A stretch of 64,000 nt of DNA from Thermodesulfobacteriota bacterium. GTDB lineage: Bacteria; Desulfobacterota; Desulfobulbia; Desulfobulbales; SURF-16. Both the position numbers and the translations under genes were made by a program. The notes beneath the pieces were generated by a model, which saw nothing but the letters and a program-made list of their open reading frames with translations, ran no database searches and was not told the DNA's origin. The number at the start of each line of letters is the position of its first letter. The stretch's first letter is position 1. Of this stretch, positions 19,264 to 29,140 are shown one piece after another. The stretch is taken from positions 32,001 through 96,000 of the forward strand of contig JBDLIE010000005.1 in the NCBI GenBank assembly GCA_039715015.1. Reading direction: 5' to 3'.

Positions 19264-20619
19264 TTACACCTCCAAATCAGAGTCTGTTTGGGTGGCTAAT
19301 GATTTGCTGAAAGAGATAGTTATAGTTGTTCCTGTGTCTTCATGGCTTTCAATATCGAGGGCCCCTTCGAGCTGGGTTGCCAACGATTTTGCCAGAAAAA
19401 GGCCAAGTCCCATACCCTTGCCAACAGGTTTTGTGGTGAAGAAAGGGTCTGTCGCCTGTTCAGCAACTTCTTGTGACATACCACAACCTTGATCAGTTAC
19501 TATGAAATAAATGTACTCGCCATCCTCTTTACATTCAAGGGTGATTTCTCCGTCAGGCGGGCTTGCATCTGCTGCATTGGATAACAGGCCCTTTAATGAC
19601 CAAGAGACAGCATGAGAGGGGACATGGAGTTGTTTGCTTGGAAGCATATTGTTTACAACAAGGTTTTGAGAGATATTGCCAAGCAATTCTCGAGCGCTTT
19701 CGATGAGTTCATCAGTGGTACTGGGAGTATGTTTTTCCCCTTGGATAGCGCCGGCATCTGCAGACATTTGAAAGAGGATCTTTTTGCAACGGTTGGTTTG
19801 TTCCCGAATGAGCTGGGCGTCATCTAAGAGATCTTTGTCATAGATTTCATTCTCACAATGATAGACCATTTCCCCTGATGCCAGACCAATGGTGGCGAGG
19901 GGGGTGGAGAGTTCATGGGCAGCCCCTGCAGCCAGGGTGGCAAGAGCGCTAAGCTTGTCGTTTTGCAGCTTTTCCTGGCGCAGCTTGGCAATGGTACGAT
20001 GATAGTCCCTGAGGGATTGTTGGATGCGTGAAGCGAAAAAGGTGATCAAAACGGCACTAACAGCATAGGCAAACCACATACCCTGTAGATGAAGATCCAT
20101 ATTAAAATTAGTGATATTGCAAACCTGCTGAACCTCCTGACTTGCCCCAGCTCCACTTTGTTTGAGAAGTGAGGGCAGAAACATGCCCCCATAAGAAAGA
20201 ATTGTAGAGATGGAAAGGCCCCAGGCAAGAAGAGATGATAACAAGATGGCGCCAAGGGTGATATGGACCAGATAGATAAAGGTAAATGGGTTCATTGTGC
20301 CGCCAGTAATATAGAGCAACCCTGTGAGAAGGATTATGTCGCCATATAAAGTCAGAGGCAGAAGATATTCAGGTGGTGGCTTTTGGTGGCTGTGAAGACG
20401 AAGAGCAAGGGCGGTGTTGGTAATAATTTCAACAATAATTACAGTACTGACGGCAAAGATAGGAAGGTCAAGATGGAAAAAGAATGAACCAATGGCAATG
20501 GTGAGAATCTGGCCAGCAACGGCCCACCATCGCAATTTGACTAACCAGTTAAGGCCAATACTCCGCGTATCATGGAGATTTTGTTGTGATTCTAAGCTGG
20601 TAAAAAGTGAGTGATGCAT
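19264..20619 (-). CDS. regB: RegB/PrrB/ActS-family sensor histidine kinase
   Basis: LRWWAVAGQ, TGGTMNPF (quinone-site GGxxNPF), AAGAAHELSTPLATI, RCKKIL redox Cys, GMGLGLFL. Confidence 0.92.
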   Translation of the reverse strand: MHHSLFTSLESQQNLHDTRSIGLNWLVKLRWWAVAGQILTIAIGSFFFHLDLPIFAVSTVIIVEIITNTALALRLHSHQKPPPEYLLPLTLYGDIILLTGLLYITGGTMNPFTFIYLVHITLGAILLSSLLAWGLSISTILSYGGMFLPSLLKQSGAGASQEVQQVCNITNFNMDLHLQGMWFAYAVSAVLITFFASRIQQSLRDYHRTIAKLRQEKLQNDKLSALATLAAGAAHELSTPLATIGLASGEMVYHCENEIYDKDLLDDAQLIREQTNRCKKILFQMSADAGAIQGEKHTPSTTDELIESARELLGNISQNLVVNNMLPSKQLHVPSHAVSWSLKGLLSNAADASPPDGEITLECKEDGEYIYFIVTDQGCGMSQEVAEQATDPFFTTKPVGKGMGLGLFLAKSLATQLEGALDIESHEDTGTTITISFSKSLATQTDSDLEV

Positions 20620-20751
20620 TTGGTGTTGATTTAATAATTAATAGAAAAAATGCTCTTAATTAAAACACGTTAGCATATCAATTTTATGGCTGCTAGGTAT
20701 TTGAAAAAAGGCTTTGGCATAGCTTGGTGAAAAGGGAAAAAACAGGCCTAT

Positions 20752-20766
20752 GCGACAATTTGCCAC
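20752..20766. promoter_or_regulatory. RegA-like box upstream of regB (copy 1)
   Basis: GCGACaatttGCCAC, identical to 30681-30695. Confidence 0.6.
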
Positions 20767-20877
20767 ATTTTTCCGGTCGGCAACTTGTGTTCATGTGAAT
20801 CCTTTACATATTTCTGATGAGCGAACCCAAGTAAACATTGAATATTTACCCTTTTATCCTTCTGCTTGTTATGTTGA

Positions 20878-21180
20878 GACACCTTAAACAGCATCATCGT
20901 CGATAAAACCCGCGAATATTTTTGCAAGCATGGGTTTGACATAACAACCAATGAATTCCCTGATCATCTTGTTGTTGAGCTTGACTTCATCGCCTCGCCT
21001 GAGGATGAAAAAGAGGCCAGCAGCGAAGAATTTCTGCGCATCTATTTCCGGCCTTGGTTTGGTCAATTTCGCAACCTTGTTTGTAAAGAAGTTGAGGTTC
21101 GCGATATTAAAGCGGCTGTGGAGGGGGTAGATTTTTTCACGAGCAATGAGACTGACGCGGACTCGGACCAGGCCGCTTAA
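20878..21180 (+). pseudogene. Truncated TorD/DmsD chaperone remnant, paralogous to 30893-31444
   Basis: Translates DTLNSIIVDKTREYFCKHGFDITTNEFPDHLVVELDFIASPEDEKEASSEEFLRIYFRPWFGQFRNLVCKEVEV..., collinear with the C-terminal half of the intact copy; in-frame TGA just upstream and no start codon. Confidence 0.9.
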
Positions 21181-21359
21181 GATTAGAGCCCTAGAAGGCA
21201 TATTTTTTTATGGTCTTCATCCATTTGGACACTTTGAATTAGTCCTACTCCGCGCCGCCGCACACCCTTGCGGCTGTCAATGAAATCTCCCCCCCCCCTT
21301 CACCTGCCGCGGGAAACACTCCCCTTTGCGGGGCGAGAATAGAAGCCCCTTCCCAGCCT

Positions 21360-21392
21360 GCGACACTTCACCAATCTGCGACAATTCGCCAT
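21360..21392. promoter_or_regulatory. RegA-like boxes upstream of the TonB-dependent receptor operon
   Basis: GCGACacttc (half site at 21360) and GCGACaattcGCCAT (21378-21392), directly before a TTGATA -35-like hexamer. Confidence 0.5.
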
Positions 21393-21491
21393 ATTGATAA
21401 AAATTGTATCGGTGGTGTTAACTATTCCTAGAGATTTTCAAGTCTCTGAAATGAATCTTATTTTTTAACTTTAACAAGAGAGTACTGAGGC

Positions 21492-23588
21492 ATGATTCTG
21501 CGATGCAATGAACGTACTTTATTGCGCGCTGCCCTGGTTACCGGGACAGCGGCATTCTTTGTTTTGCCGCAACAGGTTTTTGCGGCTGAAGACCAGGTTG
21601 TCGAACTCAGTGACGTTGTTATCACGGCCTCCAGGATCAGTCAGCAGGTTAAGGATGCCCCGGTTGCCATCAGTATTGTTTCCGAACAGGAACTGGACAA
21701 AATAAAGGCCAGGAATCCGCAAGAGTTTCTTTCCAGGGTCCCAGGTGTCAACTCCAGTAACTTTGGCGGTGAATCAGAGCTTACCTCCATCAGGATACCA
21801 ACCCATTTCACCAATCCATATACCGTTGTGTTGGTTGATGGCGTGCAGTATGGCAGCTATGGTTCCGGTAGCTCGAGCCAGTTTCGGGAGATTAACCTCA
21901 ACAACATCGCACGTATCGAGGTGATCAAAGGGCCTGCCTCAGCTCTGTATGGCAGTAACGCCATCGGCGGTGTCATTAACGTGATCACCAAGGAGCCTTC
22001 AGCTTTCCCCCAGGCCAGGATCTGGTCGGAACTGGGAGATTACAGGCAATGGCGGGCCGGCGTCTCCGGCAGTGGCGGATTTGATAAACTCAGCTATTTT
22101 ATCGACGCCAATCACACCGATACGGAAGCTGCCCGGGAGCATAGTGGTGTTGATAAGCAGTCTGGCTCCGTGAAGTTGAACTATACCGCCACTGATGTGT
22201 CATTGCTGACCTTTAAAATAGACTATGTCACTGTCGAGAATGACTCCCCAGGCTCTATTAACCAGGATGATTTCGAAGAAGACTGGCTGCAGAGTTATCA
22301 TAATTTTGCCTACAACAAGTCAGACAGGGTGGCACCTGCCCTCTCCTATGTCCATTATCTTGATGCTGCTGAGATGCGGGCAATTTTTGTCTTACGGGAC
22401 ACTGAGGAGGAAACCATACCTAACTACAGCATTCGCCAGCTGACCTTTGGCCCATTTCCACGCCCCTATATTGGCAGTTATACAGAGGATGACAGTCTCG
22501 ATATGAGCCTGCAGCTCTTATATAGTCACGACCTCTCCCTTTGGCGCAGCAAGGTAATTGTCGGCCTTGATACGGAGTATGGCAGCAAATATTCAAAGAC
22601 CTATGACCTTTCGGTATCCTATGACAGCGCTCTCAACAAATATGAGAGCTATACCTTAGGGGACCTCGACAAGTCCTATGATATGACAACCAAGGTGGCA
22701 GCGCCATATCTGCAGCTCGAGAGTTCCCCTTGGAAAAAGCTGCGCATAACTGTCGGCGCCCGCTATGACTCGGCCCGGTATGAAGTTGAAGATCAATTGA
22801 GCAACAGCATTGAAAACAAGCGGGGGTTTGCCAAGACCAGCCCCAAAGCCGGTGTTACCTATGATATTAATGCCAACCTCAACACCTATGTCAGTTACTC
22901 AAAGGGCTTTGTTGTGCCCACCACTAGTCAGCTGTGGACCTCGCGCTATGACAACGCCGATCTGGATCCTGAAAATGCCGAAAATTATGAGGTCGGTCTG
23001 CGCAGCAGCTTTATGAACAGACGTCTTAGGCTCGACATCTCTGTTTATGATATGACTATCACAGATAAGATCGTTATCAACAACACCCCGGCGCCGAATA
23101 CCCGCTACATAAATGCGGGTAAGAGCTCACAGAAAGGCATCGAGGTAATGACCTCTTACGCGCCGCTGGAAAGCGTTCAGTTGAGTGTTGCCTACACATA
23201 TGCCCGCAACAAGTATGAATCTTATAGTGATCAGGGTGTCGATTATAGCGGCAACTGGCAACCGCGCTCCCCTAAACATCACCTCAACGCCCGCCTGTCT
23301 GTATTCCCAGTCGACGGTGTAGAGGTCGAGCTGGAAATGGATGAGGTCAGCAGCCAGTTTGCTGACGACGCCAACCTTTTTGAGTACACCAGGCCTACCC
23401 TTTTTAACCTCCGCGCCTCATACTACTGGAAGCGCTTCACTTTCTGGGGCCATATCCTGAATCTTACCGATAAGGAGCATGCAAACTATATGAGCTATAG
23501 TACCTCGGAAGACACCATGACCCTCTTTCCTGGTATTGCCAGAACGGCATTTGTCGGCCTTTCCTATCGGTTCGGAGGAGACAAGTAG
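21492..23588 (+). CDS. TonB-dependent outer-membrane receptor
   Basis: Signal peptide; TonB box DVVITASR; plug motif IARIEVIKGPASALYGSNAIGGVINVITK; beta-barrel end RTAFVGLSYRF. Confidence 0.95.
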   Translation: MILRCNERTLLRAALVTGTAAFFVLPQQVFAAEDQVVELSDVVITASRISQQVKDAPVAISIVSEQELDKIKARNPQEFLSRVPGVNSSNFGGESELTSIRIPTHFTNPYTVVLVDGVQYGSYGSGSSSQFREINLNNIARIEVIKGPASALYGSNAIGGVINVITKEPSAFPQARIWSELGDYRQWRAGVSGSGGFDKLSYFIDANHTDTEAAREHSGVDKQSGSVKLNYTATDVSLLTFKIDYVTVENDSPGSINQDDFEEDWLQSYHNFAYNKSDRVAPALSYVHYLDAAEMRAIFVLRDTEEETIPNYSIRQLTFGPFPRPYIGSYTEDDSLDMSLQLLYSHDLSLWRSKVIVGLDTEYGSKYSKTYDLSVSYDSALNKYESYTLGDLDKSYDMTTKVAAPYLQLESSPWKKLRITVGARYDSARYEVEDQLSNSIENKRGFAKTSPKAGVTYDINANLNTYVSYSKGFVVPTTSQLWTSRYDNADLDPENAENYEVGLRSSFMNRRLRLDISVYDMTITDKIVINNTPAPNTRYINAGKSSQKGIEVMTSYAPLESVQLSVAYTYARNKYESYSDQGVDYSGNWQPRSPKHHLNARLSVFPVDGVEVELEMDEVSSQFADDANLFEYTRPTLFNLRASYYWKRFTFWGHILNLTDKEHANYMSYSTSEDTMTLFPGIARTAFVGLSYRFGGDK

Positions 23589-24640
23589 TGCCTTCTTTTT
23601 CAGGTGGTATACCGGGGCTTAAGGGCTCGGTCTGTTTTCTGACTTCAGTTATGCCGTTTCTTTTGCTGGGCGTTGCGACAGTGACTGAGGCGCAAGGGCT
23701 TCCCCCTTTGCGCCTCGCCCTTTCGCCCACTGCCCCTGTCGGTGAAGAATGCCTAGCGCATGGTCAAGGCGGCCCTGCCAAGGGCGGCAAGGCTGTAGAT
23801 GACCGGCGGCCGGTACTTGAGTCAGAGCATAGACCACTGCCTGTCCGCACCTACCACTTCAACGCTCATCGTCGCTTGGCCGATGTAAAGGCCTATGTCC
23901 GGCATCCCGATGGCACAGTAGATGTGCCTGAACTTCGCCTGGGGGCCAATCCGCAACTTACTTTTAAAACACCCTTTGGCGATGGCCCCAATCATGGGGC
24001 ACACAATGTCTATGTTGTCGAGCAGGGCGTTGAGGGAGATGTCCTGGTTGTCCGCACCGCAAAATGGATTGTCATGCACCATAGCTGCGGTTGGGGACAT
24101 GATCAAAAATTTAATGAGCAGCTCACCCAACCTCAACCTCTTGAGTCCATTCCCATGGAAATTCTGATCTCAGACCTTTGGGACGGCAATTTCCACTTCC
24201 GGGTGACCACAGGTCAAAAACTTTCAATAACAGTGCTGCGGAATGGTCACCCCCTTGCCAAAGCCCGGGTAAGCGTGAGGAGTGAGCAAGGCTGGGTCAA
24301 AGAGGTAGATGCAGATAAAGATGGTGTCGCCACCTTTCAGCTGATCAGGGATTATTACCCCACCAGATGGCAGGAGTTTCACCGCACCCGGCGGGGCGAG
24401 TTTTTGGCCACGGCAACCTACGAGGCAGAGGAGCACGGCGAATATAAAGGGATACCGTATGGGCGTGTGCGCTATATCACAACCCACCCCTGGACCTATG
24501 GCCCTTCAAGCTGGGACTATGCCTCCTATTCGATGGGTTTGCTGATCGCCGTCATTGCCATGGCCCTTACCGGTGGCGGTGTATTTATCTATCGTGAACG
24601 GCGCAAAAAGCCTTATCAGGAGATTGTTTTTGAAGAGTAA
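23588..24640 (+). CDS. Periplasmic His-rich protein with C-terminal membrane anchor (DUF4198/CbiL-like)
   Basis: Signal-like N-terminus; NHGAHN and MHHSCGWGH; GHPLAKARV...DADKDGVATF carboxypeptidase-regulatory-like fold; C-terminal TM helix followed by RERRKK. Confidence 0.65.
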   Translation: MPSFSGGIPGLKGSVCFLTSVMPFLLLGVATVTEAQGLPPLRLALSPTAPVGEECLAHGQGGPAKGGKAVDDRRPVLESEHRPLPVRTYHFNAHRRLADVKAYVRHPDGTVDVPELRLGANPQLTFKTPFGDGPNHGAHNVYVVEQGVEGDVLVVRTAKWIVMHHSCGWGHDQKFNEQLTQPQPLESIPMEILISDLWDGNFHFRVTTGQKLSITVLRNGHPLAKARVSVRSEQGWVKEVDADKDGVATFQLIRDYYPTRWQEFHRTRRGEFLATATYEAEEHGEYKGIPYGRVRYITTHPWTYGPSSWDYASYSMGLLIAVIAMALTGGGVFIYRERRKKPYQEIVFEE

Positions 24641-25619
24641 ACTGCAGACCGCCATCAATAACTGTAATGTCAGCCGCTTTCGGTTTTACGTGCAGATCTT
24701 CAGCTTTGCACTCCTCGTTTATGGTGGATACCTGGCCATAAATATTGGCGACCAGTTGCCAACCTTTGCGTGTGTGTTCGATCAAATGAGGGGAGGGGCC
24801 TGCTACCTCATGGGCCTGCAGCATCAGATGACCACCCCCTTCAAGAGCTATTTCAGCGGCCGGGGCATTGGTATGCTGACTGGGCTGCTGACTTTTTTTC
24901 TCTTTTTTATCGCCCTCAACAAGGCCTGGTGCGGTTTTGTTTGCCCCCTTGGCACCCTTCAGGACTGGCTGAGCAGCCTGCGCCGTAAATTCGGGATCCG
25001 GTACGCAACGTACTCGGCACAGAATTTCAAGGGCCTCGGTACCATCAAGTATATCCTGCTGGCCCTGTTGATTCTTCTCCCCATGGCCATAGGCAACAGC
25101 TTTTTCGGCCTGCCCAAGCTCAATCATGATTTTGGCGTGCCGTTCTGCATGATTTGTCCGGGGAGAACCCTGCTCCCGGTTTTTCATGGTGATTTTTCGC
25201 AGTTCATCATCGATTTCAGTTCAAAGACCAAGATGGTCTTCACGGCCCTGGGTATGGCGGTGACAGGTATGTTATTGGCCGGCGCCTTTGCGAAGAAGCG
25301 GTTCTTCTGCCTCTTTTGCCCGATGAGCGCCTTTCACTATATCTTCCACAAGGCAGGCTTGCTGCGCCTTACCAAGGATGGCAGCAAGTGCACCCGTTGC
25401 GGAAACTGTTACCGGGCCTGTGATGTTGGTATCCATGCCATCGCCGATGACTTGACCCATAAAAATATTATCAAGGATGATTGCATGATGTGCCTGAAAT
25501 GCATTGAAGCATGCCCGGAGGAAGATTGCCTGAAGGCTTCTTTTTTTGCAATGCCGGTTTATGAGTCAAGCGCCCAAGGGTTTTTTAAAAGGATGCAGGG
25601 GAAATGTCATGGAAAATGA
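24630..25619 (+). CDS. NapH/MauN-like membrane 4Fe-4S protein
   Basis: WCGFVCPLG, FCMICP, FCLFCPM; two ferredoxin motifs CTRCGNCYRAC and CMMCLKCIEACP; start re-called to TTG 24630 after AGGAG. Confidence 0.88.
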   Translation: MKSKLQTAINNCNVSRFRFYVQIFSFALLVYGGYLAINIGDQLPTFACVFDQMRGGACYLMGLQHQMTTPFKSYFSGRGIGMLTGLLTFFLFFIALNKAWCGFVCPLGTLQDWLSSLRRKFGIRYATYSAQNFKGLGTIKYILLALLILLPMAIGNSFFGLPKLNHDFGVPFCMICPGRTLLPVFHGDFSQFIIDFSSKTKMVFTALGMAVTGMLLAGAFAKKRFFCLFCPMSAFHYIFHKAGLLRLTKDGSKCTRCGNCYRACDVGIHAIADDLTHKNIIKDDCMMCLKCIEACPEEDCLKASFFAMPVYESSAQGFFKRMQGKCHGK

Positions 25620-26922
25620 ACGACTAAGGCGAGTGCGGAAGACGACCCTTCTTCATTTGGCCATGGAGGCCAAGAACACCCTGCTGAAGATAGAAGAAGA
25701 GTTTCCCGATAACCCGGCGGCAATGGACTACTTCTACACGCTCTATAAGGATGTATTCAACGACGAGCCGAAGCTGCCCACCGATAAGAAAATTATCGGG
25801 ACGATGTGCGTCCAGGTCCCCCAAGAGCTTATACATGCTGTTGGGGCATTCCCCTTACGGTTATGCAATGGGGCTAGTGCCTATGATCAGGTAGGTGCCG
25901 AGTTTATGCCTGCCAAGTCCTGCCCTGTGGTGCGGGCGACAATGGGCATGCTTCATGTCGACCAGGCGCTGTGGGGGGAATCCCTGCAGGCCGTCGTCAT
26001 CCCTACCACCTGCGACCAAAAGAAAAAATCATGCCAGATTCTTGCCGATATGGGCTACCCAGTCTATGCCCTGGACATGCCAGCGACCAAGGAGAGCGAG
26101 GCCTCTCGTTTTTATTGGCAGGAGTCGATAAAAAAATTCACCCTGGATATGCAAAAAATAACCGGGGTGAAAATAACTGCAAAGCGTGTCCAGGCAGCCA
26201 TAGCAAAAGTAGCCTCAGCATCATCCCTGTACCGGAAGTTGCAGGAATTGCGAAAATCTGATTATGCCCTGATTCTTGGCAAGGATATGTTTTTGGTCAC
26301 CAATGCCTATTTTTTTGATGAAATTGATCGCTGGCAGCAGTCTGTCAGCCGGCTGGTCGCCGAATTGGAAGAACGTAAACGAAACGGCTTTAGCGCCGGC
26401 AAGCGCCAGGCCCCACGCATCCTTTTTACCGGTTCGCCACCAATATTTCCCAACCTCAAGGTTCCCATTCTGGTGGAACAGGCCGGCGGGGTTATCGTGG
26501 CAGATGAAACCTGCTCGTCGGGAAGACTTCTCTATGATTCCGTTGCCTTTGATGAAGCAACTCTCAACGACATGATTCCCGCTCTTGCCGACCGCTCCCT
26601 GAAGCCCTGCACCTGCCCATGTCTCACCCCAAACAAGGACCGGCTGCGGAAGCTCATTAACATGGCCAAAGAATTTGAGGCCGATGGCGTTGTCTATCAG
26701 GCTTTTTCTGGTTGCCTCCCCTATGAAATGGAGCAGAAGCAGGTTGCCAAGGCCCTGGCCGAAGCCGAAGTGCCGATGCTATATGTTGAAACCGACTATA
26801 GCCCTGAAGATATGGGGCAGCTTTCCACACGGATAGAGGCCTTTATCGAATCGATCCTGGCCCGGAGAAGAAAAAAGAAGGTTGCCCAGCTTCATCAGAA
26901 GGCAGGTGAGGAAGGCTCGTGA
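25609..26922 (+). CDS. 2-hydroxyacyl-CoA dehydratase (HgdB/FldB-C) family protein, probable double-cubane-cluster reductase
   Basis: GTMCVQVPQEL, RLCNG, SCPVVR, TTCDQKKK, DETCS, CTCPC, SGCLPY, ETDYS...TRIEAF; start re-called to ATG 25609. Confidence 0.85.
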   Translation: MENERLRRVRKTTLLHLAMEAKNTLLKIEEEFPDNPAAMDYFYTLYKDVFNDEPKLPTDKKIIGTMCVQVPQELIHAVGAFPLRLCNGASAYDQVGAEFMPAKSCPVVRATMGMLHVDQALWGESLQAVVIPTTCDQKKKSCQILADMGYPVYALDMPATKESEASRFYWQESIKKFTLDMQKITGVKITAKRVQAAIAKVASASSLYRKLQELRKSDYALILGKDMFLVTNAYFFDEIDRWQQSVSRLVAELEERKRNGFSAGKRQAPRILFTGSPPIFPNLKVPILVEQAGGVIVADETCSSGRLLYDSVAFDEATLNDMIPALADRSLKPCTCPCLTPNKDRLRKLINMAKEFEADGVVYQAFSGCLPYEMEQKQVAKALAEAEVPMLYVETDYSPEDMGQLSTRIEAFIESILARRRKKKVAQLHQKAGEEGS

Positions 26923-27734
26923 ACTACTTTGCAGGTATTGATATCGGTTCGACCTCGATAAAGATTGTTCTGGCCGACGACAATGAACAGATTGTTGCCT
27001 CAGATGTCTGTCCGACTGGCAGTTTTTTTCATAAAAATACCATGACTGCCTTTGCTGGTTTATTGACCCAAAAAAATATCGATCGCCAGGAGGTGGTCTA
27101 TATCATTTCCACCGGCTATGGCCGTAAGCTTTTCAAAGAGTCCGACGAGACTATCAGCGAGATCACTGCCAATGCCATTGGCGCCCGTAAAATCGGTGAG
27201 CGCTATGGCCAGACACGGACAATCATCAATATTGGCGGCCAGGACTTGAAGGTAATTCTTCTTGATGACGAGGGCCATGTTAAAAACTTTGCCATGAACG
27301 ACAAGTGTGCGGCTGGTACCGGCCGCTTTCTGGAGATGACTGCCCGCAACCTGGAGGTTGAGGTTGATGAGCTTGGTGACTTTCATGAAAGGTGCGCCAC
27401 TATTCCGTTAATCATTAACAGCACCTGTACTGTGTTTGCCGAGTCTGAGATTATCAGCCTGCTCGCCAACGGTCATGGCAAAGAAGAACTCATTACCGGC
27501 ATTCACTATTCCGTTGCCAGAAGGGTAGCGCGTCTGGCAAAACGCCATGGCGTAGAGGACATGGTCTTCTTTGATGGCGGGCCTGCCTTAAATCAGGGTC
27601 TTGTTAAGGCCCTGGAGGATGAGTTGATGCACCGGGTTGTTGTCCCCGACACTCCACAGATTACCACCGCCTATGGTGCTGCCTTGTTGGCCAGGGACGC
27701 CTATCTCTGTGAAGACGAGGTGGTTAATGGCTGA
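26919..27734 (+). CDS. ATP-dependent activator (BcrAD/BadFG/HgdC family)
   Basis: GIDIGSTSIK, TGYGR, IGGQD, MNDKCAAGTGRFLE, STCTVFAESE. Confidence 0.93.
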   Translation: MNYFAGIDIGSTSIKIVLADDNEQIVASDVCPTGSFFHKNTMTAFAGLLTQKNIDRQEVVYIISTGYGRKLFKESDETISEITANAIGARKIGERYGQTRTIINIGGQDLKVILLDDEGHVKNFAMNDKCAAGTGRFLEMTARNLEVEVDELGDFHERCATIPLIINSTCTVFAESEIISLLANGHGKEELITGIHYSVARRVARLAKRHGVEDMVFFDGGPALNQGLVKALEDELMHRVVVPDTPQITTAYGAALLARDAYLCEDEVVNG

Positions 27735-28332
27735 ACTCTTCAGCTTTCTCGGCCTCGGTGTACTGTACGGCTGCACCATGTGTAGCTTTACCTGCCTGCC
27801 ATACCTGGGCATCTATCTCATGGGTACTGGCCAGGGTTTTGGCGACGGGGTGCGGGCATCGTTTTTTTTTCTGCTGGGAAAGGTTTGCACCTATACCTTG
27901 TTCGGGGCCTTGGCCGGGGCCTTGGGGATGGTCCTTGATTTGAGCGCCACCCAGGGCAAGGTATTGGGCCTTGTCTTGATAACGACCGGTATTTTCTTGC
28001 CCTTTGTGGCCAGGAAGCAATGCCAGGGGACTTGCCGGCAATCAGGGAAAAGACTCTCTCTCTTTTCCCTGGGCATGGCCACCAGTCTGTTACCATGCCC
28101 GCCCTTGGCTGCGGTTTTTCTTGTGGCTGCCCAAAAAGGCTCCTGGCTCCTGGGGGCAGGATACGGAGCGCTGTTCGGTCTGGGCCTTTTTGTGTCGCCG
28201 CTCCTGCTGGCTGGAGGAGGGCTGGCCCATATAACAAAGACAATCCAGTTTGAAGCAAAGGGATTCACCCCCTACCTGCAGGGTATTTCCATGTTGATAA
28301 TAGTAGTGATTGGTCTGCGAGTTTTTATCTAA
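27727..28332 (+). CDS. DsbD_2/UreH/TauE-like membrane protein
   Basis: CTMCSFTC, GKVCTYTLFGALAG, LLPCPPL; start re-called to ATG 27727. Confidence 0.78.
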   Translation: MAELFSFLGLGVLYGCTMCSFTCLPYLGIYLMGTGQGFGDGVRASFFFLLGKVCTYTLFGALAGALGMVLDLSATQGKVLGLVLITTGIFLPFVARKQCQGTCRQSGKRLSLFSLGMATSLLPCPPLAAVFLVAAQKGSWLLGAGYGALFGLGLFVSPLLLAGGGLAHITKTIQFEAKGFTPYLQGISMLIIVVIGLRVFI

Positions 28333-28338
28333 GGGGGA

Positions 28339-28773
28339 ATGGCTATGGAATGGCTTAAGGATGTCATTGATTATGGAATAATTGGTTTCTTGCTGGTGAT
28401 GAGTGTGGTTGCATGCGCCATCGCCATAGAAAGGTTCTTGGTTTTTCGTTCTATCAGGCTTGACGACTACCCCAACAAGCAGCTCTTGCAGATTGAGCTC
28501 ACCAAAAAGCTGCATGTCATTGCGATCATCGGCAGCAATGCCCCCTATTTGGGTCTGCTTGGCACGGTCCTCGGTATTATGCTGACCTTCTATAATCTGG
28601 GCCGGGAAGGCTTTATGGATACCAGCGAGATAATGGTGGGTTTGGCCTTGGCCCTGAAGGTAACAGCTGTTGGCTTGGTCGTGGCGATTCCGGCCGTTTT
28701 TCTTTATAATATGCTGCTGCGCCAGGCAAAGGTGCTGATGTTGCAATGGGAGAGTACCCATGGACGAGACTGA
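28339..28773 (+). CDS. exbB: ExbB (short form)
   Basis: IGSNAPYLGLLGTVLGIM, LALKVTAVGLVVAIP. Confidence 0.9.
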   Translation: MAMEWLKDVIDYGIIGFLLVMSVVACAIAIERFLVFRSIRLDDYPNKQLLQIELTKKLHVIAIIGSNAPYLGLLGTVLGIMLTFYNLGREGFMDTSEIMVGLALALKVTAVGLVVAIPAVFLYNMLLRQAKVLMLQWESTHGRD

Positions 28774-29140
28774 GTTCAATACCTTGAATGTGATCCCCCT
28801 CGTCGATGTGATGCTGGTCTTGCTGACCATTGTTTTGATGACATCGACTTTTATTGCGGTGGGCGGACTTTCCATTGAATTGCCGCAAGCCGCCGGGGAA
28901 AAAGTGGAAATGTTAAAGACGCTGACCATCGAAATAGATAGTGAGGGCACCATATTTCTTGAGGCCGCGGCAATATCACTTGCCGGGTTGACTGATTCCT
29001 TGGCCGGAACCGATAAGGAGACACCCCTAATCATCCGGGCCGACAAGAAATTGGCCTTACAACATTTTGTTGAGGTGATGAGTGCGGCAAAGGCTTTGGG
29101 TTTCACCAAGGTAAGCCTGCAAACCGAGGTGACCTCATGA
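28760..29140 (+). CDS. exbD: ExbD
   Basis: NVIPLVDVMLVLLTIVL, IIRADK. Confidence 0.9.
   Translation: MDETEFNTLNVIPLVDVMLVLLTIVLMTSTFIAVGGLSIELPQAAGEKVEMLKTLTIEIDSEGTIFLEAAAISLAGLTDSLAGTDKETPLIIRADKKLALQHFVEVMSAAKALGFTKVSLQTEVTS

Noticed and set aside
20884..21201. 105 aa minus-strand ORF in the track
   Set aside because: It is the antisense shadow of the plus-strand torD remnant
21200..21491. Cobalamin riboswitch, Fur box or NikR box upstream of the TonB-dependent receptor
   Set aside because: No B12-box elements were seen; tgataaaaattgtatc is only a weak Fur-like match and overlaps a likely -35
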